The notes beneath the pieces were generated by a model. It did not search any database, was not told where the DNA came from, and worked only from the letters and a program-made list of their open reading frames with translations. DNA of 64,000 nt from an uncultured Bacteroidales bacterium (GTDB taxonomy: Bacteria > Bacteroidota > Bacteroidia > Bacteroidales > FEN-979): NCBI GenBank assembly GCA_903925275.1, contig CAIYES010000233.1:1547-65546 (forward strand), written 5' to 3'. Shown here piece after piece: positions 49,759 to 58,758 of this stretch; position 1 is the stretch's first letter; every line of letters begins with the position of its first letter. The translations under genes and the position numbers were made by a program.

Positions 49759-50478
49759 TCAATCAAAATTTCCATCAATATATTCCTGGAACTTTTCTCT
49801 GTATTGATCGCTTACAGGGATATATACCTTACCGTCGAAAACAATTCTGTTCCGTTCTATCACTGAAATCCTTTTAAGATTTACGATGAATGACCGGTGA
49901 ACCCTCATAAACCGGCCGGAAGGAAGTTGTTCTTCGATCGTCTTCATGCTCATCTGCGTCATCACGGGGGCACTGTTGATCAAATGAATCTTGATATACT
50001 CGTGCTGGCTCTCAATGTACTTTATGTCATCCAGTTCGATTCGGATGAGTTTGTATTCTGATTTTACGAACAAATGGCTGGCTGTAGTCTTGACGCTTTC
50101 CTTCAGGCTGTTAGCCTTTAAATCTATCAGACTTTTCACCTTGTTGGCCGCTTTCAGGAAATTGTTGTAGGTGATGGGTTTTAATAAATAGTCTGTGGCA
50201 TCTACCTGGAACCCTTCCACGGCATATTCGCTGTAGGCGGTAGTAAATACGATATAGGGTTTGTCGGTCAGTGATTTTACAAATTCCAATCCGTTCAGGT
50301 CGGGCATATTGATATCAATGAATATGAGCTGTATCGCACGGTTGTTGATAATTTCCATTGCCTCGAATGCACTCCGGCACTCGGCCACCAGTTCCAGAAA
50401 TGGGGTTTTCTGAATATATGCTGATATTTTTTTTACTGCCAGGGGTTCATCGTCAATGGCGATGCAGGAAATCTTCAT
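49759..50478 (-). CDS. LytTR-family response regulator
   Basis: Receiver domain (CIAIDDEPLA...IFIDINMPDLNG) plus a LytTR DNA-binding domain (IKYIESQHEYIKIH...FMRVHRSFIVNL). Confidence 0.9.
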   Translation of the reverse strand: MKISCIAIDDEPLAVKKISAYIQKTPFLELVAECRSAFEAMEIINNRAIQLIFIDINMPDLNGLEFVKSLTDKPYIVFTTAYSEYAVEGFQVDATDYLLKPITYNNFLKAANKVKSLIDLKANSLKESVKTTASHLFVKSEYKLIRIELDDIKYIESQHEYIKIHLINSAPVMTQMSMKTIEEQLPSGRFMRVHRSFIVNLKRISVIERNRIVFDGKVYIPVSDQYREKFQEYIDGNFD

Positions 50479-51551
50479 ATTGGAATTTTAAGGTCAACTT
50501 CAAATTCACTTTCTTTATCCTGAATGTTCAACTGGAAATTATCCTCATATAATAACTTTAAACTCTCTTTTATGTTATCAAGACCGATTCCTGAATATTC
50601 GCCCTGGTAATTTGCTGCAATTTTATGCTTGCTGTTTTTAATAATACACGTCAGGAAAGCGCTGTCAATCCGGAGTTCAAAATAAATATACGATTTCTGC
50701 GGATAACTCACACCATGCTTAAAAGCATTTTCAAGCAACGAAATAAAAAGCATCGGGGGTATTTTTGTATCAGGAACCTTTTCAGGAATCACAACAGTAA
50801 CTTCCACCTCATCGGAATGCCTGAGTTGCATCAGTGAAATAAAACTGTTGATGAATTCGATCTCCTTTTTCAATTCGATGGTGTTTTGAGCCGAATCATA
50901 AAGCAGGTACCGCATAAGTGTTGAAAGCCGTACGACAGCATCCTGGGCCTTTTCCGAATCTATTTCAATAAGTGAATGTATGTTATTCAGGGTGTTCATA
51001 AAAAAATGGGGACTTACCTGGTGCCTCAGTAAAGCGAGGTTGGTTTTAAGTTGCTCCTTCTCTGCATCCTTTCTAAGACTCTCTTCACTCAACCATTTCG
51101 CCATTAGTCTGATCGTGGTACCGGCACCAACGATTAAAATGCAAATGATGAGATTGTCCGCAAAAACCATGAAGGGCGGTTTTGAATTTGGGGAATTCAG
51201 GTCAGGCTGTCTGAACCCGTCGGGTGAAAAATCAGTACCGGGATCAGCAAATGAAAAAAATCCCGGACGGGCAATCATATTGATCGCTATCCCCATGATT
51301 ATCAATAAAGAAACCGACACAAAGTAGTACAGGTATCTCTTTTTCAGTAGTAAACGCGGCACCAGAATATAAACATTCACCAGGAAAATAATGAGAAACC
51401 CGGAAAGGTTTACCCAATGTCCTGCCATGGTATTCCAATTAAGATGTCCGGAGCCGCGTTCGCTGAAATAGGGTACCGAGAAAACGAGCGCCCATATTAA
51501 AACGTAGAACAAAACTTCAATTTTCCTGCTGCTTGGCAAATGTGCTTTCAT
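50475..51551 (-). CDS. LytS/YehU-type sensor histidine kinase
   Basis: An N-terminal multi-TM region, then the His_kinase signature LRHQVSPHFFMNTLNNIHSLI and an HATPase region. There is a 4-nt overlap with the regulator gene. Confidence 0.85.
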   Translation of the reverse strand: MKAHLPSSRKIEVLFYVLIWALVFSVPYFSERGSGHLNWNTMAGHWVNLSGFLIIFLVNVYILVPRLLLKKRYLYYFVSVSLLIIMGIAINMIARPGFFSFADPGTDFSPDGFRQPDLNSPNSKPPFMVFADNLIICILIVGAGTTIRLMAKWLSEESLRKDAEKEQLKTNLALLRHQVSPHFFMNTLNNIHSLIEIDSEKAQDAVVRLSTLMRYLLYDSAQNTIELKKEIEFINSFISLMQLRHSDEVEVTVVIPEKVPDTKIPPMLFISLLENAFKHGVSYPQKSYIYFELRIDSAFLTCIIKNSKHKIAANYQGEYSGIGLDNIKESLKLLYEDNFQLNIQDKESEFEVDLKIPI

Positions 51552-51574
51552 TTCACAAAGTTATTTAATTTATC

Positions 51575-51629
51575 CACCTCATCCCCTGCGCCCCTTCTCC
51601 TTAAGGAGAAGGGGACGGGGGTTGAGGTA
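51575..51629. repeat. GC-rich nested palindrome (REP-like); probable terminator between the TBDT and kinase genes
   Basis: Perfect hairpin CCCCTTCTCC-TTAA-GGAGAAGGGG at 51591-51614, nested in an imperfect outer stem CACCTCATCCCC.../...GGGGGTTGAGGTA. Confidence 0.75.
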
Positions 51630-51648
51630 GCATGATGGTTCATCATTT

Positions 51649-54006
51649 CTAAAATTGTATTTTATAAATAAAGTTCGGAAAAAACCCCAGTTGGTATGTC
51701 GTACTAATAGACCTGCTTCTGTCATCGTAACTCTGTGAGAATACGTTGTTATTGTTCGTGACATTTTGCAAGTCAATGGAAAACGATTGAGACAGTTTTT
51801 TCATCGGGCTGTTCAGGGTAAATCCTACCTTAAAATCCAACCTGAAATAATCCGGATATGTGCTTGAATAGGCATATTCATCACCTTTCAGCACCTCCCT
51901 GCCTCTGACCTGGGACGCCGCTAAATCTATCGGGGTATAATATCGTCCGCCGGCATACGTAACTTTGATGTCCGTTGTGATGGCATTCCTTTTTTCCTTG
52001 CCAAGCTTCCACTCTTTCCCTGCCAGGAAGTTGGCCACATATCTCCCGTTAAATGCCGTGTTCCGCTCTATTCCGTCACTGGCGGTGTATTTTGACTGGT
52101 AAAGCGAAGCAGTAAATAAGCCATAGTACCCCCTGCTGAAGAACTTCTCAACAGTTAGTTCAACGCCGTAGTTTCTGCCGGTGCCGGTGTTTGTCAGGCT
52201 GTCTTCAAGGTCGGTTTTAAAACTTGCCCCGGTATTCAGCATGGAGTAACTGCTGGGGTAAGTATTGACAGGCACATTCACGAGATACTGATAATAGGCT
52301 TCAATTTTCAAACGCCAGTCTTTGAAGGGTTGCACATCATATCCCAGGACAAAATGATGGCTTTTGGTAAAACCCAGCTCCAGGTTATCATAATTATATG
52401 AACCATCTGGATTGGGCGTCTGTAAAAAATAGACATTCAACGGTTGGGTTTGCGAATGCAACCCATAGCCAAAGCTGAAGCTGTTCTTATTATTCAACTC
52501 GTACTTTAACCCGATCCGGGGTTCAAGGGAGAATGAATTATTCAGGAAGAACTGCTGGGCATGGAGGCCTGCATTCAGCGTGAGTTTTTCGGTGATGTTG
52601 TATTTAAGATGAGCATAAACCTGGGCCAGCGTGGTGTAGCTGTTGTAATCCCAGATTTGGATCCATCCTTCACCTTCCCGCCTTCTGTTCCTGTTGTACA
52701 GGTACAGATTCATATATTCTGCCTGCATTCCGGCTTTAAAAAACAGCCTGGAATTGATTTTCAGATTGTAGTTGGTAATGAATTCATAACCTGTTCTGGC
52801 AACCTTATTTTCCTCTTTGCTGTATGAATTCCTTAATGAATCCAACCCGTAGTTCAACTGGTTATTCCCCGAATAATTGATGCCGATCGTAGAACTGATG
52901 AAAGATTTACTGTTGATCTGCTTGAAGTGTTTCAGTCCCCCGATGGCTATCTTACTCTTGAAATCTGTTTGTTGTCCACCGCCATATAATTCATTCGAAC
53001 TACCTCCTTCTATTGCAATGCTACTGGCAGCCAGGATGCCAAACAGGGTGAACCTGCCAAGTTTTGTATCCCCGCTGTTTATTTTGAATGAAAGATCCTG
53101 GTAGGTGGGCGTAGAAGTAGTGCCTATGTTTATTCCCATGGCCTGGGCAATACCGGCAAGCGAATAACGGTAACCAATTAAATACGATGAACCGTTCGAT
53201 TTGCTGATGGGCCCCTCCGTCATGGCCTCAATTCCGGTTGTTACCCCAAGCTGGACAGTGGTTTCCCGTTTTTGTGTATTCCCGTTTCTGAAGCCGATGT
53301 CGAAAACTCCGGAAATCGCATTGCCATATTCTGCCGGCCAGGCTGAGGTGAAGAAATCGGAGCTCTTCAGCATATTGGTGTTCAGTGCGCTCACTGCACC
53401 GCCTGTGGTGCCTACCGATGCAAAATGGTTGGGATTGGTTGCATCCATGCCATCGATGCGCCACAACACCCCAACAGGAGAATTACCGCGGATCACAATG
53501 TCATTTCTGCTGTCGTCGGTGGCGCTTACGCCGGCAAAATTCGCAGCCAGCCGTGCCGGATCGCTTCGCCCTCCGGCAAACCGGTTCACCTCTTCCATGG
53601 AGAATGTGCGGCCGCTGATGGTTGATAAACTGTTGATGGTTTTGTCTTTACTGTTAGCCGTAACAACGACTTCATTCAGGGACTTAATATCCTCCTCCAT
53701 CGCAATGTCAAGGATTGTCTCTTTCCCTGAAGTCACCACGACGCTGGATACAAATACATCCTTGTAGCCGACAAAGGAGAATTTCAACTCATACCTGCCT
53801 GGCAACACATCGGGAATAACATAAATCCCCTTTTCATTGGTTACCGCTCCCCTTTTATCGGCTTCATTCATTATTTGAACAGTGGCGCCAGGAAGAGTTG
53901 TTTGAGAAAGCTTATCAATAACCACACCTCTTATTTTCTGCCTGTTATTCTGAGCATAAGATAAATGAGCTATTATCAGTAAAATAATCAAAAAGTATCT
54001 TTTCAT
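51649..54006 (-). CDS. TonB-dependent receptor with carboxypeptidase-regulatory-like N-terminal domain
   Basis: IRGVVIDKLSQTTLPGATVQI...NEKGIYVI is CarbopepD_reg-like. Plug motifs are NEVVVTA, DPARLAANFAGV, IRGNSP and YGNAISGVFDI. Terminal aromatic residue. Confidence 0.85.
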   Translation of the reverse strand: MKRYFLIILLIIAHLSYAQNNRQKIRGVVIDKLSQTTLPGATVQIMNEADKRGAVTNEKGIYVIPDVLPGRYELKFSFVGYKDVFVSSVVVTSGKETILDIAMEEDIKSLNEVVVTANSKDKTINSLSTISGRTFSMEEVNRFAGGRSDPARLAANFAGVSATDDSRNDIVIRGNSPVGVLWRIDGMDATNPNHFASVGTTGGAVSALNTNMLKSSDFFTSAWPAEYGNAISGVFDIGFRNGNTQKRETTVQLGVTTGIEAMTEGPISKSNGSSYLIGYRYSLAGIAQAMGINIGTTSTPTYQDLSFKINSGDTKLGRFTLFGILAASSIAIEGGSSNELYGGGQQTDFKSKIAIGGLKHFKQINSKSFISSTIGINYSGNNQLNYGLDSLRNSYSKEENKVARTGYEFITNYNLKINSRLFFKAGMQAEYMNLYLYNRNRRREGEGWIQIWDYNSYTTLAQVYAHLKYNITEKLTLNAGLHAQQFFLNNSFSLEPRIGLKYELNNKNSFSFGYGLHSQTQPLNVYFLQTPNPDGSYNYDNLELGFTKSHHFVLGYDVQPFKDWRLKIEAYYQYLVNVPVNTYPSSYSMLNTGASFKTDLEDSLTNTGTGRNYGVELTVEKFFSRGYYGLFTASLYQSKYTASDGIERNTAFNGRYVANFLAGKEWKLGKEKRNAITTDIKVTYAGGRYYTPIDLAASQVRGREVLKGDEYAYSSTYPDYFRLDFKVGFTLNSPMKKLSQSFSIDLQNVTNNNNVFSQSYDDRSRSISTTYQLGFFPNFIYKIQF

Positions 54007-54012
54007 TATTTT

Positions 54013-55248
54013 TTAGTTGATATTTCTTACTAGACGTACAAAGTTTAAAACCCTTTCTTCTCCCTGGCCTGTTCCTGCTGTCTTCTTGTCGAAACGCACT
54101 GCACCGGCGCCGTGCAGGTCTTCACCATTTCCGTCTTCCGCCCTGCCAAAAGCGACATACCATGCAGATGGATAAGCTCCGTTTGCTATAGAAATAGCCG
54201 AGGTACTTGTCCAATAGTAGGGATAGTCAGCCTTTCCTCCATCGTTTAGAATACCGGTACAACTGAATAGTGCATTTATTGCGGGTCCTACATTGGCTGC
54301 GTTTGTTGCACCAGGCGAGCGTGTGTAATCCACAAGACTTTGAAGTTCTTTTGTATTCGGTAACCGCCAATCGTCGTGCCCCAGGTAATTTGCGTTATTC
54401 TGCGTTTGAGCATAAGCCAGTGCGTGTTCCCAATCCATACCCGAACCGTTGTCGGTCTGTTGCCACATGAGGCCGGTAGCCAAATCAGAAATGGTTCCGT
54501 CGCCGTTGTTCTGGAATAAATTGACGCCATACGCAAGATTGCCACGCACACAACGAACAAAGTGCATTGGCCCTTCAGCAATACTGTAAGCTTTTATATG
54601 TCCGGTGCCAAAATTCACACCAAAGGCAAGTTCTGCGTCAGGCGTATTCCCACTGATATTGCCCATTACTCCGGTGTATTTGTCACTGCTCCAGAATATC
54701 GCATGACTGAGGTCTTGTTCATCTGTATATTTAATGTCAAAATATTCTGTATCTATATAAGGCCAGCCGACACTTACATTCCATAAAGAGTATAGCTCCT
54801 TGATGGTAGGCACCCGCCAATCGTTGTAACCGCCATAGTTTTGATTGTTCAGATTGTCAACCTCAGTTTGAGTTTCGGCCCAGTAATACATACCACCGAA
54901 AGTTGGTTTTTCATAGCTTTTCTGCCATGTTAAACCAGTAACTTCATCTTTTACAGTAAGTCCATCGCTGCTTTTGGTGTAAACGGGAGTTATATGTTCA
55001 AACTGGGAATCCTGTCCGTAAAATGCTGCACCGAAACCAGGGGTGATAATGTTTCCTGCACTGTCCCAGCATTTGGTCTGACTTGTACCGACAACCGGGA
55101 AACAGCCTGCATAGGCCGGTTCACGCGGAACTACCTGCAAATCTCCGCTAACGGTTGTTTTATCTTTTTTACACCCGCAGGAGGTGAAAATAATTCCGGA
55201 GATCATGATCATGGTTGTAAAACCGGGAAACGATTTCGATTTTTTCAT
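54013..55248 (-). CDS. Lipoprotein with two DUF1566 (Lcl C-terminal-like) domains
   Basis: Lipobox FTSC. Duplicated signatures GYNDWRVPTIKELYSL and GHDDWRLPNTKELQSLVDYTR. Confidence 0.75.
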   Translation of the reverse strand: MKKSKSFPGFTTMIMISGIIFTSCGCKKDKTTVSGDLQVVPREPAYAGCFPVVGTSQTKCWDSAGNIITPGFGAAFYGQDSQFEHITPVYTKSSDGLTVKDEVTGLTWQKSYEKPTFGGMYYWAETQTEVDNLNNQNYGGYNDWRVPTIKELYSLWNVSVGWPYIDTEYFDIKYTDEQDLSHAIFWSSDKYTGVMGNISGNTPDAELAFGVNFGTGHIKAYSIAEGPMHFVRCVRGNLAYGVNLFQNNGDGTISDLATGLMWQQTDNGSGMDWEHALAYAQTQNNANYLGHDDWRLPNTKELQSLVDYTRSPGATNAANVGPAINALFSCTGILNDGGKADYPYYWTSTSAISIANGAYPSAWYVAFGRAEDGNGEDLHGAGAVRFDKKTAGTGQGEERVLNFVRLVRNIN

Positions 55249-55274
55249 TGCTGAATTTTTTATTTATTGTGGAG

Positions 55275-55357
55275 CAAAAGTATTGTGCAGGAAATCTTTC
55301 AAGAAATGGAATCGCCAGATAGTAGGGTTGTGTCACCCTTTCGAGGTTTTTTATCAC
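55275..55357 (-). promoter_or_regulatory. Candidate promoter: TACTTTTG -7 box plus three TC(A/G)C cores phased at 21 bp
   Basis: Plus-strand CAAAAGTA at 55275-55282. Cores at 55312, 55333 and 55354. Same layout as 58035-58116. Confidence 0.55.
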
Positions 55358-55426
55358 TGAATGGTTTTGGGAAATGGATGCCTTTCGAAAATAACAGGCA
55401 ACACGGAAGAATTCCAGACGCTGTAT

Positions 55427-56404
55427 TTACTCTTTAGGCAAAAGCATGATACTCCCTGCTTCAATTTTCAGAGCTTTGCCTTTCATCTTGATGAAGACAT
55501 TGATCGAACTCAGATTTGTAACCAGGGTTTTGTCTGCTGAAAATTTGAGATTTTTAAAGGCATTGATATAATCCACTAATCCTATTTGTGTTGTGTAGTA
55601 TATATCCGGATTTTTGGAAACCATCTTGAAAAACTTTTCTACTTCTGCCCATTTGTTTCCAGTTCCTTCATATTCCCAACTATGTCCCCACACATAAAAC
55701 AGGGCCAATGAATTCGCTTTAAGAAAATCAGTGGTAAGCTGATAAAATTGTGCTAATTCTCTTCTGTCATTTGCAGTGTCATTGGGTATATAATTTGTTT
55801 TTCCGAATAAATGAATGGTAGGTTGCCATCTAAGAAAATCAGTTGGCATACTAAAATTGTATGTATCACCTACTGTTCTGGCATATTCAATACCTAAACC
55901 GGTTATTGCCTCAACTACAAAATCGTTGGTATTGCCAAATGGATACGACATTCCACGAACGGGATAGCCCATCAATCGTTCCAATTCTTTTCTATCTTCC
56001 ACCACTTCATAAATCACGTCAATTTTCGACAAAGAGGTCAGACTTGGGTGATTTGCCGTATGGCCGGAAACTTCGTGGCCTTTGTATAGGTTTTTAACCT
56101 CTTCTTTGGTGAGATAATCTTTTGTTCCGAGTTTGTTGGAATTAAGATGAAAAGTCCCGATAAGACCATACTCATTCATCAATTTCACCAAATGCCTGTC
56201 GGCTTCATTTCCATCATCATAACTCAAAATCAAAGCTTTGGATTTACCCTGTGGGAAAAGCATTTCTACTGGAATACTGCTCTTTTCGAGAGCAGTATTG
56301 GTTTGAGCATTTGCGGAATTGATAACAGTAATCAATGCGAGGATAACAATAATTAATTTTGATTCGCTTCTCATCTTATAATAATTTGATTTCAGAGGTC
56401 GCAT
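55427..56404 (-). CDS. Polysaccharide deacetylase (NodB homology / CE4)
   Basis: LILSYDDGN (motif 1) and GHTANHPSL (motif 2). Signal peptide; the start may instead be the second Met (56374). Confidence 0.8.
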   Translation of the reverse strand: MRPLKSNYYKMRSESKLIIVILALITVINSANAQTNTALEKSSIPVEMLFPQGKSKALILSYDDGNEADRHLVKLMNEYGLIGTFHLNSNKLGTKDYLTKEEVKNLYKGHEVSGHTANHPSLTSLSKIDVIYEVVEDRKELERLMGYPVRGMSYPFGNTNDFVVEAITGLGIEYARTVGDTYNFSMPTDFLRWQPTIHLFGKTNYIPNDTANDRRELAQFYQLTTDFLKANSLALFYVWGHSWEYEGTGNKWAEVEKFFKMVSKNPDIYYTTQIGLVDYINAFKNLKFSADKTLVTNLSSINVFIKMKGKALKIEAGSIMLLPKE

Positions 56405-56456
56405 GAAATTTTCATTTTAAAATGGTGGTTTTTAATCAACCGGTTCCAACGAAAGC

Positions 56457-58007
56457 CTATTCTTTTATTAACTTTTTAACTTCAAAAGTGTTTCCGTATT
56501 GAAGTTTTACTAAATAAACCCCGGTTGCAAGGTTATTGGTCTGTATCATGATTTTGTCAGCTAAACTGCCTTTGTGCACGATCTGACCGATGGAATTTAA
56601 AAGCTCAAAGTTTGCCATTCCCCTGTTTCCTTTCATTTCAATTGTAAGTTCGCCAGTTGCAGGATTTGGATAAATGTTAAACATATTGAAGTCTTTATTT
56701 TCATTTATTCCGGTTGAAGATCCATTTCTTACCAAACGCACATAATTGTATATCCTGACGGCATCGCCCTGAGGAGCATTGGGATTGTAATATCCATTTC
56801 CATTATGCGTGTATCCCGCAAAGCTTCTTGGTTTCGGATCGCTTCGCTGACATCCGGCGCCATGTATATCAATCCACCCACCAAAAGGGGGCATATAGCC
56901 CATAGCTCTTCCGAAGCAAACATAGGTGGCGCTTGCTCCGTTTGTCTGCGCTTGCGAAGAAAAAGTAGTGTTGCTCCAATACCAGGGATAATCTGCTACA
57001 CCTCCTTCATTGGTAATCTGGGTGCAGTTGAACATCGGGTTTATGGCTGCAGAACTGCTTGTTGCCGGAGAACGGGTATAGTCAACGATACTTTGCAACT
57101 CCTTGGTATCGGGTAATCGCCAATCCGAATATCCTGCATAGATAAAAGCTTCAGCATAACTCAATGCGTCCTTCCATAAAACGCCTGTCCCGTTATCGTT
57201 TTGCATCCACATCAGCCCGGTAGCATTATCAGTAATGGTTCCGTTCCCGTTGTCAACGAATTGATTTGTCCCATAGGTAGTATTGCCGCGAACATACAAT
57301 ACATAGAAATGCTTTGATTGTCCGTCTTCCGGAACAGGGGAAGTGGTTGGATATCCTTTAATACGTCCATCAATAAAATTGAACCCGAACAAAGTTTCCT
57401 GCCCATTCATGGTTGTGCTTACATATTTCGTAGCGGATGCAATTTGACCATCAATAATCCTTTCAGTTCCAAGGTCGCCGTGTGCCAGTGAGTTTACATC
57501 ACCGAAACCGACAGAGAAATATGTCGTATCAATATATTTTATACAAGTAGACGGTGGTGGGCCTGGTTCTGCTCCAAAAAACATGGCAATGGAATATAAC
57601 TCTTTAATAGCAGGTAAACGCCAATCATGATAACCTGCCGTGCTACATGTTGCAGCGCTATCCACTGCCTCATAATACTTCAGTTTATCATAGAAATTAA
57701 TTGCTCCATCACCGTTTCTGTCCTCGGTTTGCTGCCACATCAGCCCGGTTAAATTGTCGGTTACTGTGCCATCACCATTGTTGGTATAAGATCGCATGTT
57801 TCCGGGATGATTCGAATTCTGTCCGTAGAATGCCTGCCCCGGAGTGGGCATTGTTATTGCAACCGTTGTGTCGTAAGATATTGTCTGACCTGTTCCGACA
57901 ATTGGATAAGTATTGGTTTGGCTATATCCAATAATATTTATCATTGTCACAATGCAAAAGGTTGCAATAACATTGACTGTGAAGGATTTGTTTGATAATT
58001 TTTTCAT
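56457..58007 (-). CDS. Secreted protein with two DUF1566 domains and a T9SS C-terminal sorting domain
   Basis: GYHDWRLPAIKELYSI and GYSDWRLPDTKELQSIVDYTR. C-terminal NIYPNPATGELTIEM...GVYLVKLQYGNTFEVKKLIKE. Confidence 0.75.
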   Translation of the reverse strand: MKKLSNKSFTVNVIATFCIVTMINIIGYSQTNTYPIVGTGQTISYDTTVAITMPTPGQAFYGQNSNHPGNMRSYTNNGDGTVTDNLTGLMWQQTEDRNGDGAINFYDKLKYYEAVDSAATCSTAGYHDWRLPAIKELYSIAMFFGAEPGPPPSTCIKYIDTTYFSVGFGDVNSLAHGDLGTERIIDGQIASATKYVSTTMNGQETLFGFNFIDGRIKGYPTTSPVPEDGQSKHFYVLYVRGNTTYGTNQFVDNGNGTITDNATGLMWMQNDNGTGVLWKDALSYAEAFIYAGYSDWRLPDTKELQSIVDYTRSPATSSSAAINPMFNCTQITNEGGVADYPWYWSNTTFSSQAQTNGASATYVCFGRAMGYMPPFGGWIDIHGAGCQRSDPKPRSFAGYTHNGNGYYNPNAPQGDAVRIYNYVRLVRNGSSTGINENKDFNMFNIYPNPATGELTIEMKGNRGMANFELLNSIGQIVHKGSLADKIMIQTNNLATGVYLVKLQYGNTFEVKKLIKE

Positions 58008-58034
58008 GGCTAAACTTTTTACTTATTAAGAAAG

Positions 58035-58116
58035 CAAAGGTACAGCGCAGGAAATCATTTAAAAAAGCAATCACCATAAACCTTGGATAAATCACCCAAT
58101 AGTGGTTTTTTGTCAC
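58035..58116 (-). promoter_or_regulatory. Candidate promoter: TACCTTTG -7 box plus three TCAC cores phased at 21 bp
   Basis: Plus-strand CAAAGGTA at 58035-58042. TCAC at 58071, 58092 and 58113. About 100 nt is collinear with 55275-55357. Confidence 0.55.
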
Positions 58117-58266
58117 TGAATGATTTTGCAATACTGGTGATAACCTGTTGTAATCGGTGATTATCTGCGTTTCCACTTAGCGGTATACGAGTTATCCGGG
58201 TGCCAACAAGGTAATTCCAATGTGATTTCACCTCATCAATAATGAGTTTGGTCTAAAAAACCAAAA

Positions 58267-58344
58267 TCACCTCACCCTGACCCTCTCCTAAAGGAGAGGG
58301 AATTCCCCTTCTCCTGAGGGAGAAGGGGTTAGGGGTTGAGGTCA
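58267..58344. repeat. GC-rich double-hairpin palindromic element (REP-like)
   Basis: CCCTCTCC-TAAA-GGAGAGGG at 58281-58300 and CCCCTTCTCC-TGAG-GGAGAAGGGG at 58305-58328, inside outer arms TCACCTCACCCTGA / TTAGGGGTTGAGGTCA. The second stem is identical to the one at 51591. Confidence 0.8.
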
Positions 58345-58478
58345 ATTGAATTTTTTTCATTCATTACGAATCATACTGTTTTTATACTGCACTCAATAAT
58401 GATTTCTGACTATTTATTGTTATTTTTGACGAATTAAAAACCCTGAATAATCTACATATTACAAACATTTTCAATGCG

Positions 58479-58677
58479 GTCCGGTAAAACTTTATGTTAC
58501 TTTCCAAAATCCCTGTCAATATTGCGTCCCTACGGGACTTAACATCGAATGGGTCATTTCTTGATCTACCGATATTTTGTCCCTGACAGGACAGTCCCGT
58601 AGGGACAAGATATTGGTAGAAAGCAAGTTGAAGAACAATAGACAGTCCCGTAGGGACGGTATAAAATTTAACCGGAC
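58479..58677. mobile_element. 199-bp hairpin-rich element with imperfect 17-bp terminal inverted repeats (MITE-like)
   Basis: GTCCGGTAAAACTTTAT at 58479-58495 matches the reverse complement of 58661-58677 at 15 of 17 positions. GTCCC-loop-GGGAC hairpins lie at 58526, 58594 and 58645. A 19-bp long-range stem pairs 58566-58584 with 58601-58619. Confidence 0.6.
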
Positions 58678-58758
58678 AATAATGATGCGTTTTATGCTGA
58701 GAATCAGCAGATAAAGAAAGTGAAATTTTTTAAAATTCCTAAACTAAAATCAAAAAAG

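Noticed and set aside
53201-53767. Numerous 60-190-aa ORFs antisense to or overlapping long CDSs (for example 953..1231, 16255..16929, 34521..34988, 53201..53767)
   Set aside because: They are shadow ORFs inside confidently assigned genes, with low-complexity or Arg/Ser/Pro-rich translations and no motifs.
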